Shown: piece by piece, positions 1-10,600 of the stretch
Layout: each line of letters opens with the position of its first letter
How positions within the stretch are numbered: position 1 is the first letter of the stretch
Assembly: GCA_003635315.1 (NCBI GenBank)
Contig: PYJD01000023.1
Coordinates: forward strand, 134,502 to 198,501
DNA length: 64,000 nt
Source of the DNA: Candidatus Poribacteria bacterium
GTDB taxonomy: Bacteria; Poribacteria; WGA-4E; WGA-3G
Reading direction: 5' to 3'
The notes under the pieces: generated by a model
Seen by the model: the letters and a program-made list of their open reading frames with translations, nothing else
What the model was told of the DNA's origin: nothing
The model's database searches: none
Translations under genes and position numbers: made by a program

Positions 1-1686
1 CAAAGCTCCATCTTGATTATCTAAAGATAGATAAGTAAGGGCAGATAAGTAGTGTGCTTCTGCATCATTTCCATCAATTGCTATTAACTTCCTTAATGTA
101 TTGAGGGCATTCTGATGTGACTCAGTTTCTCGATAAATGTGTACCATCTTATACAAAACATCAGGTCTGTTAGGATCTAATTCAATAGTCCTAACATAGA
201 ATTGAAGAGCATTTTCAGTATTCCCATCTGCTTCGTAACTCTGCCCAATCAAGTAAATTGCTCTTATATCATGAGGAAAAAGTAAAAGGTGTTTGTTTAG
301 TGGAAGAATAGACTCCATATATTTTTCATTATCAAAAGCCATTTTTCCTTCTTCAAAGAATCGTGTCCTTAGGGTTGGATCAACTTGCAATGCCTGTTGA
401 AAATTCCTCGTAGCTTCTTCCTTTTTACCTTGTTTATAGTAGAGTTCACCGAGAATAAAATAGACATCATTGAATTGTCCCAGAGGCAATTCCATCTCAA
501 TTAAACTGGGGTCAAATTCAACTATTTCCTTTGTCTTATTATAATTTTCAATTGCTTGTGGTATATTCGCAGCTTCTGCTTCCAATTTACCCAAATAGAA
601 ATAAGGTCGTGGGTCATTCGGTAAGATTGACTTAACTTTTTCGAGATGTTTTCGTGCATCTTCACCACTCATAATACCAACAAAATATGGTTCTAACGGT
701 TCAAAAAGATTATCTTTAAGAGTAGGATCTTGTTCAATTGCTTTTTGGTAGTGAATTGCAGCAGTTTTCGTATCACCCTGAGCATACAAAATATCCGCAA
801 CGGCTAAATGCGCGGGACCGTGGTTAGGATCGAGTTCAAGAGTTCGTTGATATAATTGTATAGCTCCATCTGCATTTCCAGTATCCGCAAAAATGACAGC
901 TAAATCAAAAACATCATTTCCAGTATAGGGTTGGTATTCAGATGATTTCTGATATTCTTGCAATGCATCATCATAGAATTTATCCATTGCAAGAATTTGT
1001 CCTAATTTAATATACGCCAGTGCAAATTTTGGATTATATTGAATCGCACGTTCAAAAGTTTCTCGTGCTTGATTACGGTCCCCTTGGTCAAGATAAACTA
1101 AACCTGTTCCATAAATCGGGTATTCCCATTTAGGGTTCAGGGATTGAGCGAATTGAAATGATGAAAGTGCATCAGAATGATTACCCTGTTTTAGTTGTAT
1201 TTCACCAATATAGTAGTGTGCAGGATAATAGTCCGGGTTAAGTGTGAGACAGGTCTTAAATTTCGTTAACGCCTCATCATATCTTTCCTGCTTTTTATAG
1301 ACTGCCCCCAAACTATAATGTGCCCAAAAAAGGGATGGATCCAACTCTATGGCTGTCTCAAAATTGGCAATTGCTTTTTCATCGGTAGCTGCTTTGAGAT
1401 TTGGATTCGTTAGAACATAGACATAACCTAATCCATAGAAGAAGGGTGCATCATCTTGTTTATTCGGTTTTACAGATTCATAAAGCGTTGTAAGTTCAGT
1501 AAGATGTCCTTCCTCTCTCCACTTATCTATCAATTCTCTATGTTTCTCTGGTGCGTTCTTATTTGTTTTTAAGACTTTTTCAAAGTCTTTTCTCATGTGT
1601 ATTTCCCATTTCTCTTGAGAATAGCCAATTGTTGTAACTAAGAGGAATGTAAGTCCGATGATTAATGATGTTCTTACTTTCTTCAT
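1..1686 (-). CDS. TPR-repeat protein with N-terminal signal peptide; partial, C-terminus runs off the window start
   Basis: Minus-strand ATG at 1686..1684 (reverse complement gives MKKVRTSLIIGLTFLLVTTIGYSQ...). The frame stays open to position 1. The translation is rich in degenerate 34-aa TPR-like repeats (AxxYxxLGxxYxxxGxxxxAxxxYxKAxELDP pattern). It is absent from the ORF track only because it touches the window edge. Confidence 0.7.
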   Translation of the reverse strand, partial: MKKVRTSLIIGLTFLLVTTIGYSQEKWEIHMRKDFEKVLKTNKNAPEKHRELIDKWREEGHLTELTTLYESVKPNKQDDAPFFYGLGYVYVLTNPNLKAATDEKAIANFETAIELDPSLFWAHYSLGAVYKKQERYDEALTKFKTCLTLNPDYYPAHYYIGEIQLKQGNHSDALSSFQFAQSLNPKWEYPIYGTGLVYLDQGDRNQARETFERAIQYNPKFALAYIKLGQILAMDKFYDDALQEYQKSSEYQPYTGNDVFDLAVIFADTGNADGAIQLYQRTLELDPNHGPAHLAVADILYAQGDTKTAAIHYQKAIEQDPTLKDNLFEPLEPYFVGIMSGEDARKHLEKVKSILPNDPRPYFYLGKLEAEAANIPQAIENYNKTKEIVEFDPSLIEMELPLGQFNDVYFILGELYYKQGKKEEATRNFQQALQVDPTLRTRFFEEGKMAFDNEKYMESILPLNKHLLLFPHDIRAIYLIGQSYEADGNTENALQFYVRTIELDPNRPDVLYKMVHIYRETESHQNALNTLRKLIAIDGNDAEAHYLSALTYLSLDNQDGAL

Positions 1687-1724
1687 TTCACTCTCCAAAT
1701 TATGTTATGTTTCTATCTGACATA

Positions 1725-2657
1725 TTATAGTGTCATTAATGATTCGATTTTAGAAGGATAAGGCATTGACGGAGTTGCGCCAAGAACTGTGACAGCAGCT
1801 GCTCCAGCAGTATTTGCATATTGAACAGAATCTATCAAGGTGTTAGATTTTGCAATAGATGTAGCCAATGCACCCGTGAACGCGTCCCCTGCACCTGTAG
1901 TATCTACTGCGTTAACTGCTACTGCAGGTATGTGTTCAGTCTGACTATGTGTAACAACAAGTACTCCTTTATTCCCGAGTGTCATGACTACTGCTGAGAA
2001 TTTGTCCTGAGATAAGTGTTGTAGCAATACTTTACCTGCATCTATACATGAATCAATTGTATTTGTAGCTATACCAGATAGATGTTCGGCTTCTGCGGTA
2101 TTCGGTGTTAGAATATCTACCTGTGACAAAAACTGTTTAGGTAAGGGTTTCGCGGGAGCAGGATCAAGGATCACAGGTGTATTACTTTCCTTTGCTATTT
2201 CTGTCGCACGGATTGAAGCATCAATAGGTGTTTCTAATTGTAACAACAGTATTTCAGCTTGTGATATACTCTCTGCAGCTTTATCAATTTCACTGATGGC
2301 AATACACATATTTGCACGAGGAATAACTATAATACTATTTTCACCATCAGAATCAACGAATATACTTGCAATACCGGTTCCGACATCCTTATCTGTTGTA
2401 ACATGTTGTGTATTAATGTTCTCAGATGACATAGCATCCCGAAGCATCTGTCCAAAGTTGTCGTCCCCAACTTTTCCGATAAAAGTAACATCTGCTCCTA
2501 ATCTGGCTGCGGCAGTCGCTTGGTTAAAACCCTTACCACCTGTGAAAATATCAAAAGAATCACCGAATATAGTTTCACCCTTATCAGGTATTCGTTCAGA
2601 ACGAATGACCATATCAACATTCGCACTCCCGACAACGGCAACTTTTGGGTGATTCAT
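1725..2657 (-). CDS. rbsK: Ribokinase / PfkB-family sugar kinase
   Basis: 310 aa. N-terminal VAVVGSANVDMV, GGKGFNQA, and C-terminal GAGDAFTGALA (PfkB signature 2) are typical of ribokinase. Confidence 0.85.
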   Translation of the reverse strand: MNHPKVAVVGSANVDMVIRSERIPDKGETIFGDSFDIFTGGKGFNQATAAARLGADVTFIGKVGDDNFGQMLRDAMSSENINTQHVTTDKDVGTGIASIFVDSDGENSIIVIPRANMCIAISEIDKAAESISQAEILLLQLETPIDASIRATEIAKESNTPVILDPAPAKPLPKQFLSQVDILTPNTAEAEHLSGIATNTIDSCIDAGKVLLQHLSQDKFSAVVMTLGNKGVLVVTHSQTEHIPAVAVNAVDTTGAGDAFTGALATSIAKSNTLIDSVQYANTAGAAAVTVLGATPSMPYPSKIESLMTL

Positions 2658-2816
2658 AAGGGATTCCTATTTCTAAATATGCTAACGATGTTAGTAAATT
2701 ATAGTTGACTGACTTAATGCTTGTCAAGGGAACTATAGTCTTGGACTATGGTATAAGAAGCACTCGTAATATGAACTATTTAAATAGAATTCGTAGAACA
2801 ATTTTTTTAGGTTACT

Positions 2817-3290
2817 GAATTTCACATATGTTATATACACTGTCTGTATTGTTAAAAATGTTACACTTTTTGTCACATTGTGTGTCATTAGTAAAACCGC
2901 TTTCCTCCCTGTCACAGTCTATATTCATCCGTGTTTTTCTTACAATTATGAAAATTCTCAAATTGTGTGATAATGTGTCGTTCTTTCCTTTTTTATGGAG
3001 AATATCTGATACAGACATTTTAATACTATTTCTAAATAATAATATTCCATTTTTGTAACATAGCCTTTTAGGTTGTACCCTATTAGATGACATCCACATA
3101 GATCATCAATACAGCATTTTTTCTCAGAATTGGTATAAGTTATGTTTTTGTTTTTAAGATTATTATGAATGTATTGGATAGTCATTCGTTAGTTTCCTGT
3201 TTTATGTAAAAGTTACGAAATCGTAACTTTTTTCTGTCACCCCAATTTCAGTATAACCGCTATAAAGTAAGTGTTCATTTATGTTTACAG
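2817..3290 (-). repeat. Copy B of a dispersed ~480-bp non-coding element (same family as 39204-39692, 14171-14580, 57663-58065). Reverse orientation, ending ~155 bp upstream of the rbsK start.
   Basis: The reverse complement aligns along its whole length with 39204-39692. Shared blocks include ctgtaaacata, aaattggggtNacagaaaaaagttacgatttcgtaacttttt, aatgactatccaatac, atgtcatctaat, tgtctgtatcagatat, gactatgacaggg and gttttactaatgacacaNaatgtgNcaaaaagtgtaacatttttaacaa. It contains the palindrome aaaagttacgaaatcgtaactttt. Confidence 0.6.
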
Positions 3291-3567
3291 ACAATTTGCG
3301 AGTTTGTGTATATAAAAACAAAAAAGTACTGCTGATGGATTCCTTAGTAGAGAGTGTTAACTAATTTATGATATGGTGAAGTTCTTATGTTTGAAAATAT
3401 GCGCCACTAAGGGTTTAACTCTACAGATTTTTGAAATATCATCATTTGTTTTATATCCTCTTCATTATTTTATATAGTTAGTTGTGTAATGGTTAAGTTT
3501 TCTTCAATTATCTTTCAGTTGTTATGTATTTTGTTGTATTACTCTGGGTTTTAATTCATTTTTTAAA

Positions 3568-3768
3568 TTGTTTTGGAAAATTAATGTGTCCTTAAAACAA
3601 ACATTAGACATAGGTCACCAACCTATTGGTACGTATCACCATCGTAGCCATGCTGCACATTGGGACGGTAAAAACGCACAAGGTGAGTTTGTAGCAAGCG
3701 GTGTGTATTTCTACACCCTCACAGCAGGCGAGTTTAGTGCTACACGACGGATGTTAATTTTGAAGTAG
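3568..3768 (+). pseudogene. Remnant of a T9SS-type (Por secretion tail) C-terminal sorting domain; gene fragment
   Basis: The 66-aa ORF ends ...HWDGKNAQGEFVASGVYFYTLTAGEFSATRRMLILK. This parallels the C-terminus of the 14741..18322 protein (...HWDGRNTKNEKVASGVYFYTINAGGFKATRKMVIRR). There is no upstream protein body or signal peptide, and the surrounding region is AT-rich non-coding. Confidence 0.5.
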
Positions 3769-4053
3769 AATTCGATCCAAGACTATTAGGTGCAAATTCC
3801 TAACCGAACCCAGGATGGTTGGGAAACTGCACTTACCGCATATAGTAGTATGTAAAATCAATTGGACACCTAAACAGAATCCACGATTCAGACAAAAAAC
3901 CGTGTAATCCGCACTATCCCGATTCAGACATAATCTAATCACTCTCACTACTTTCGATTGACAATCCCCTCTTCGTTTGGTAAAATTCCATAGTTGTTTC
4001 CTTATCTATTGATATGCCTCATATACATTCTTATTCACTATTAGGAAGAGAAT

Positions 4054-5487
4054 TTGTCTAAAGAAAAAATCGGAATCCAGAAGGAAGAATTACTTCGAAA
4101 ACTACCTGCAATCGAAAAACTCCTGACACAACCTGAAATCATAAAAATAGTCGAATCGTATTCCAGATCGCTGGTTACGGACATATTGCGTTCTATCGTT
4201 TCAGATTTTAGATCGCAGATATTAGATGGTAATACTGAGATTAATATTCCTGACCCTGATGAATTCCCAGAATTAGTAATTCAACATCTTGAGTATAAAT
4301 TAAAGCCACCTATCCGGACTGTAATAAATGCTACTGGAACTGTAACACACACGAATCTGGGACGATCATTACTACCAAAATCTGTATGTGATAACATTCT
4401 CGATGCTGCACAGAATTATGTTAATTTAGAATACGACTTAGAAACAGGAACAAGGGGGCATAGAGATAGATTAACTGAACCTTTACTTCAAGAATTAACA
4501 GGATGTGAAGCTTCTACTGTAGTCAATAACAATGCTGCTGCAGTTCTTATTTCACTGAACACGCTTGCTCAAGGGAAAGAGGTTATTGTTTCACGAGGTG
4601 AACTGATTGAAATTGGGGGGGCATTCCGAATACCTGATGTAATGGCAGCAAGTGGTGCAATTCTTAGAGAGGTAGGGACGACCAATAGAACACATCTACG
4701 TGATTATGAAGATGCAATCAATGAGAATACTTCACTATTTCTCAAAGTTCATCCCAGCAACTATAAGATTCTCGGATTTACTTCAACACCAGATATGCAG
4801 GAGTTAGCACAACTTGGTAAAAAACATAACATATCTATAATGGAAGATTTGGGTAGTGGAGCATTAGTGGATCTATCGAATTACGGGCTTCCTTACGAAC
4901 CTGTTGTAGCAGATAGGATCAAAGCCGGAGTGGATTTAGTTACCTTTAGTGGAGACAAATTGTTAGGAGGTCCACAAGCTGGAATAATTGCTGGTCAATC
5001 AGAGATGATACAACGGATACGAAAGAATCCTTTGATGCGAGCATTACGAGTAGACAAATTAACAATTGCAGCCCTCTCAACCACATTACAGAATTATCTA
5101 TATTTAGATAACCATATAACGGATGATTTTCCAATGTTACAACGATATAGCCGTACTGTAGAGGAATTATATGCCTTTGCTGAAACTGTTTCTGATAGAT
5201 TACAGAACGTTTTTCAAGATAAAATCTCAATTAATATAACTGAAACAAAATCACAAATTGGGAGTGGATCACTTCCTGAAGAAACATTAGATAGTGTTGC
5301 TGTGGTGTTAACCCCGATGGTAATTTCTGTAGAAAAACTATCGGAGTTATTTCGACATGCAAGTATTCCGGTGATAGGACGAATTGAGGATAATCAGCTA
5401 TACTTTGATATCAGAACGTTATATGATGATGAAATAGATTGTTTAATCCAAACCAGTAATGAGATTTCATCAAGAATGAATGTATGA
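4054..5487 (+). CDS. selA: L-seryl-tRNA(Sec) selenium transferase (selenocysteine synthase)
   Basis: 477 aa, TTG start with AGGAAGAG RBS 4 nt upstream. It has the SelA-length PLP fold and the conserved FSGDKLLGGPQAGII lysine motif. Confidence 0.88.
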   Translation: MSKEKIGIQKEELLRKLPAIEKLLTQPEIIKIVESYSRSLVTDILRSIVSDFRSQILDGNTEINIPDPDEFPELVIQHLEYKLKPPIRTVINATGTVTHTNLGRSLLPKSVCDNILDAAQNYVNLEYDLETGTRGHRDRLTEPLLQELTGCEASTVVNNNAAAVLISLNTLAQGKEVIVSRGELIEIGGAFRIPDVMAASGAILREVGTTNRTHLRDYEDAINENTSLFLKVHPSNYKILGFTSTPDMQELAQLGKKHNISIMEDLGSGALVDLSNYGLPYEPVVADRIKAGVDLVTFSGDKLLGGPQAGIIAGQSEMIQRIRKNPLMRALRVDKLTIAALSTTLQNYLYLDNHITDDFPMLQRYSRTVEELYAFAETVSDRLQNVFQDKISINITETKSQIGSGSLPEETLDSVAVVLTPMVISVEKLSELFRHASIPVIGRIEDNQLYFDIRTLYDDEIDCLIQTSNEISSRMNV

Positions 5488-6319
5488 CACTAAAATCCAA
5501 ACAATTTCTATAATTGTTATATCAATATGTATGATATCTGCCTGTAGAGATTCCTTTAATCAAACATCAATAGATGGTGAGTATCCTGAGAGTATAATCT
5601 CAACAATAGATGGTAGTCAGATGAGGTTAATTCCTTCTGGAGTATTTGAGATGGGCAATTCGTACCCTGATATCGGAGATGATGATGAGTTACCATTACA
5701 TACTGTTTCTCTTGATGCTTTTTATATTGATATCTACGAAGTCACGAATGCACACTATCAAAAGTTTGTAATAGCAACCGGGTATCCCCCACCACCTTTA
5801 TGGCACGATCCAAAGTTTAATCAACCTGATACGCCTGTTGTCAATGTTTCGTGGAACGATGCTGTCGCCTACGCACACTGGGCAAAAAAACGCTTACCAA
5901 CTGAAGCAGAATGGGAATATGCTGCAAGAGGGGGACAGATTGGGAAGGTATATCCTAATTCTAACCTACTCACACATGATGATGCGAATTTTGGTGGTGT
6001 TGATGGGATAGATATTTGGAAATGGACATCACCTGTGGGTAGTTTTCCACCAAATGACTACGGTCTATATGATATGGTCGGTAATGTTTGGGAGTGGTGT
6101 TTTGATGAGTATAATGGCGATTTTTACGGCTTTTCACCAGAACACAATCCAAGATTTGGCAGGAGTATTACTCCTGAGAACGAGAATTTCAGGATCTTAC
6201 GCGGTGGGGCTTGGGGTGGAAGTAAAGACGATCTCAGGGTGTCTGATCGATGGTATCATCTTAGTTCTGGTAGTACTATCGGTTTCAGGTGTGTTAAGGA
6301 TATTGATACTCAGAAATGA
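5480..6319 (+). CDS. FGE-sulfatase (SUMF1/EgtB/PvdO, DUF323) domain lipoprotein. It lacks the catalytic Cys pair of a true formylglycine-generating enzyme.
   Basis: Lipobox ...MISAC. Motifs YEVTNAHYQKF, RLPTEAEWEYAARGG, GNVWEWCFDEY, RGGAWG and a GFRC tail are present. The LCHxxYC copper-Cys motif is absent. It overlaps selA by 8 nt. Confidence 0.8.
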   Translation: MYDTKIQTISIIVISICMISACRDSFNQTSIDGEYPESIISTIDGSQMRLIPSGVFEMGNSYPDIGDDDELPLHTVSLDAFYIDIYEVTNAHYQKFVIATGYPPPPLWHDPKFNQPDTPVVNVSWNDAVAYAHWAKKRLPTEAEWEYAARGGQIGKVYPNSNLLTHDDANFGGVDGIDIWKWTSPVGSFPPNDYGLYDMVGNVWEWCFDEYNGDFYGFSPEHNPRFGRSITPENENFRILRGGAWGGSKDDLRVSDRWYHLSSGSTIGFRCVKDIDTQK

Positions 6320-6506
6320 TAGGATATAGTCTATATAGAAGATAAATAATTTCAGGACTTACGCAGAAAACGAATAATCGGATGAAAGGATGAAAAGATG
6401 GAACCCGTCAACCACACTTCCACCCTTCCAATCTTCCGTTTTGGCAGGATAGGAACGGATTTTGCGTAAGTCCTATAATTTTACACTAATTGAAGGTGCG
6501 TTTTTT

Positions 6507-7586
6507 ATGTCTGTTGCTGTAGAGTTAGACCATATTACAAAAGCTTTTGATAAAACTTTTGCTGTTAATGATGTATCCTTAACCATTGAACCTGGTGAAC
6601 TTTTCTTCCTACTTGGACCGTCTGGATGTGGTAAATCAACGCTTTTACGGGTTATTGCAGGATTTTATCGTCCTGATACTGGTGTCTTACGGTTTGATGG
6701 TACAGAAATGAATAATGTTCCGCCACACCAACGCAACACGGGGATGGTATTCCAAAATTATGCTTTATGGCCACACATGACAGTAGAACAGAATGTGGAC
6801 TATGGGTTAAAACTAAGAAAGTTGGAAAAGCAAGATCGACAAAAGAAGATAGATTCTGTTCTTGATTTGGTACAGATGAGAGAATACCATGATAGACCTG
6901 TTAATACGCTTTCTGGCGGACAACAGCAACGGATTGCTTTGGCACGCGCATTAGTTATTGAACCCAGTGTGCTACTTCTTGATGAACCGTTGAGTAATTT
7001 GGATGCAGCCCTCCGTCAAAATCTACGAAATGAAATAAGAGAAATACATAGTAGAACTCAGATTACAACAATATATGTTACCCATGATCAAGTGGAAGCG
7101 ATTTCAATGGCAACCCGTATGGCTATCATGAAAGATGGGGTTTTTATACAGACCGGTTCTCCTCGAGAAATTTATCAGTTTCCTACAGATCCTTTTGTCG
7201 CGAGTTTTGTAGGTGAGACAAATTTCATATCAGGCAATATTCAAGAGATTTCAAATGGAATGGTTACCATAGAAACTCCAGTAGGCTTACTCCATTCTGA
7301 GTGTGTATATCACAATTTTACTCCCGGACAGGAGGTAACCTGCTCTATTAGACCAGAAACTGTACAACTAAATCAGGATAGCAGCCTTAACCAATTTGAT
7401 GCGACACTCTCTCACATTACTTATTTAGGTAGAGTCGAGGAGTATGAACTTATGATTGCTGACCAATATAGTATTAAAACTGTCCTGTATAATCCTAAAA
7501 CAGAATTAAGAAATGAAGGTGATACAGTTAATGTATCTATTCCACCCCAGTCCATTATTCCACTACCGATTGAAAATACAAATTAG
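6507..7586 (+). CDS. ABC transporter ATP-binding protein (PotA/FbpC/MalK-like, with C-terminal TOBE-like domain). No cognate permease is nearby.
   Basis: Walker A GPSGCGKST, signature LSGGQQQRIALARAL, Walker B LLLDEPLSNLDA. ATG at 6507 with GAAGGTG RBS; the ORF-track start at 6462 is probably too long. Confidence 0.85.
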   Translation: MSVAVELDHITKAFDKTFAVNDVSLTIEPGELFFLLGPSGCGKSTLLRVIAGFYRPDTGVLRFDGTEMNNVPPHQRNTGMVFQNYALWPHMTVEQNVDYGLKLRKLEKQDRQKKIDSVLDLVQMREYHDRPVNTLSGGQQQRIALARALVIEPSVLLLDEPLSNLDAALRQNLRNEIREIHSRTQITTIYVTHDQVEAISMATRMAIMKDGVFIQTGSPREIYQFPTDPFVASFVGETNFISGNIQEISNGMVTIETPVGLLHSECVYHNFTPGQEVTCSIRPETVQLNQDSSLNQFDATLSHITYLGRVEEYELMIADQYSIKTVLYNPKTELRNEGDTVNVSIPPQSIIPLPIENTN

Positions 7587-7606
7587 TTAGGATAATTGAA
7601 TTAAGA

Positions 7607-10600
7607 ATGATGAAGTTTACCCCAAATCAACAAAAAGCGCTTACCATTGATAAACATGTATGTGTCACTGCGGGGGCGGGATCAGGTAAGACTACTGTTT
7701 TAGTTGAACGATACCTTGAGATTCTTCGTAGTGGAAATATAACACCAAGTCAAATTGTAGCAATTACTTTTACGAAGAAGGCTGCTGCAGAGATTAAAGC
7801 ACGTATTATTAAAGAAATTCATGAGGAGCGGAATAGGAAAGTTCGTGAAAATTATATTGAAGAGATGAATACTGCTCCTATTTCAACATTTCATGCATTT
7901 TGTGCACGAATACTAAGAGAATACCCATTCGATGCTAAAATCCCAGCGTCTTTTACTATAATTGAAGGTATTGAACAAAAGATTTTATTGCGTGAAGTTA
8001 TCAAAAACGCATTCGATAATATTGTATCAAGTATAGATAACCCGTTTTATTCTCATCTTGAATTCTGTTTATATAGGACCAGAAATAAGCAATTTCTGAC
8101 TGATTTACTTACAGACATGGTGAATGAACGTTCGTCTATTGAAATACTAAGAGAATCTGTTTATGAGAATATCGACAATACTGATATTCCTCAGCGTTGG
8201 TATGAGGCATTTAATGCACCTATATTAACAGAGAAAGAATTATCTAACTTCATGGATAATCTATATTCTATACTCGAAATTTCAAAAGGCAGAAATGTTG
8301 AGAAAACAAGAGAACTACTACAACAAATTTCGACTTTATCTGTCCAAAATGAGGATAACGAAGAACAACGGAGATTACTCATTGAGATCACCGGATTAAT
8401 TAGTACTGCTAAGAATGAGATTGCCACAAGATATCTTGTAGGAATTAATGTAGACAAAACGGATATAGCTGACAATATTGAGCTTGTTCTTGATAAAGTT
8501 AAAAAAATCAAATCAGCACCTGTATATGATGCCAATACCAATTTTGAAACGGATGATGAGTTGTTGTATAAGATCTCACAAAATCTTCTTCCCCTATATG
8601 ATCTTATTTTAAAAAACTACCAAGAGATAAAATTCACTCAAGGAAAATTGGATAACCAAGACCTTCAACTTAAAACAGTATATCTATTAAAAAATAACCT
8701 ATCTGTAAGACAAAAGATCAGAAAACAGTTTAAGTATTACATGATTGATGAGTATCAAGATACAAACGAAATACAAAGTGAACTGGTGAATCTCCTGACA
8801 AATAACCTTAACGATTCTAATTTGTTCATTGTTGGTGATCCGAAGCAGAGCATCTATGGATTTCGTGGAGCGGATGTACGTGTATTTGATGAAACGAAAC
8901 AAAAAATTAAAGAACTGGATGGAGAAGATATTAGTCTTCAAGAGAATTACCGTTCTTTACGGGATGTAGTCGGATTCGTTAATTCCATTTTTAAAAGACA
9001 AGATGGGGATCAACTTGAGAATGAATTTGACGTGATTTATGAACCATTACATAAAGCACGTAGTGCAGATGGAAATGGTTCAGTCGAAATTATTCTACGT
9101 CAAGAAGAGTACGACATTTCTGAATCTGATCTTATTGCTCAGAAAATTAAGAGTATGATAGATTCAAAAGTGAAAATTTGGGAACAAGGGGAAGATATAA
9201 AAGAAACACCAAGAGCTATTCAATATGGTGATATAACCATTCTCATACGCTCAAGAGGACATTTACCTACCATTGAGACAGCATTAAATAAATTTGGTAT
9301 TCCCTATCTTACTTCTGGTGGAATTGGATTCTATCAACGACAAGAAATATATGATATTTGGAACTACCTCAATTTTCTCAGTAATCCTGATGGGAATGAT
9401 ACATCGTTAATTGGTGTTTTACGTGGACCGGCTTTTGGTATATCGGATGTAGAAATATTTGAAATATCTCATCTTGGAAAAGGTAGTTTTTGGGATAACT
9501 CTATTAAGTACAAATCACCTTCAAAAAGACTTTGTCAGGCTATTGCAACCCTAAAAAACCATATAGAAATTGCAAAACGAATGTCTATAAATAGACTTAT
9601 TCAGACCATTGTTAATGATACGGGTATGATAGGAGCTATTAAAACCGGTAATAAAGGTGAACAGAAATGGGCAAATTATAAGAAACTATTAGAACTTGCC
9701 GGGACTTATGATGGTGATGAATTCAGTGATTTACTTGATGAATTTGTTAAGTATCTGGATATACTGATTTCTGAAGAACCATTAGAAGGTGATGCACCTG
9801 TTGAGGAGAGTAGTTCTGCTGTTAAGATAATGACTATTCACTCAGCAAAAGGAAAAGAATTTCCAGTTGTGATTCTACCTTCCCTTGATAGACAAACTCC
9901 AACAACCCATGAACCTATAATAGATGATAAATTGGGGGTTGGTTTCAGCCCTTTGAGACCTGAAAAAGAATATCATAAAACCGAACCCGTGATAGTTCCT
10001 GCAATCAAAGATAGAAAAAAATCAAAGGAAAATGCCGAAGAGAAACGCGTGTTCTATGTCGGTGTAACCCGAGCAAGAGATCGGTTGATTCTCTCAGGTT
10101 CAATTAATGAAGAGGGTAAATCTAAAAACAGATTGCAAGAGATCATTGAGATTCTCGAATTTAGTAATGAAAATGACATGATACAAGTACAGGTAAAACT
10201 CGATGTGTATTCCGATGGAGAAACTATACAGGATATATTTCAACTACCAATACCAATCATTAAACAGATAGGTGAGATAGATAATAGAACCCCATTTGAT
10301 GAAATTACTAATACTCCTCCTGAATTACCTTATGATGAAATTGAGAAAAGTAATTACGCATCAACATTTAATGTACAGGAACTGGCTATCTATGGTCTAT
10401 GTCCTTTACGGTTCTACCTTGAAAATGTCCTCAATATCTCAGCATTGGGTGTAGACAGTAGACCTGAAGAAACGCAAATTCTTGATCAACAGAATGAAAA
10501 TCTGCTTTCATCTGAATTAGCGGAATTAAAATCATCATCACTTTTTTCTGTGTCAAACCAACAAATTCATACCAAATTGGATAAACATATAATATATGGT

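Noticed and set aside
2296-2708. Plus-strand ORFs of 118 and 62 aa overlapping rbsK
   Set aside because: Antisense to a well-supported gene, low-complexity translation and no RBS, so spurious. The same reasoning applies to the other short antisense or shadow ORFs in the track nested inside annotated genes (e.g. 8191..8541, 24351..24644, 30564..30830, 43400..43813, 52808..53413, 56647..56988).
3800-4050. Short direct repeats (ccgattcagaca twice) upstream of selA as a possible regulatory site
   Set aside because: Only two short copies; indistinguishable from chance in AT-rich DNA without comparative data.
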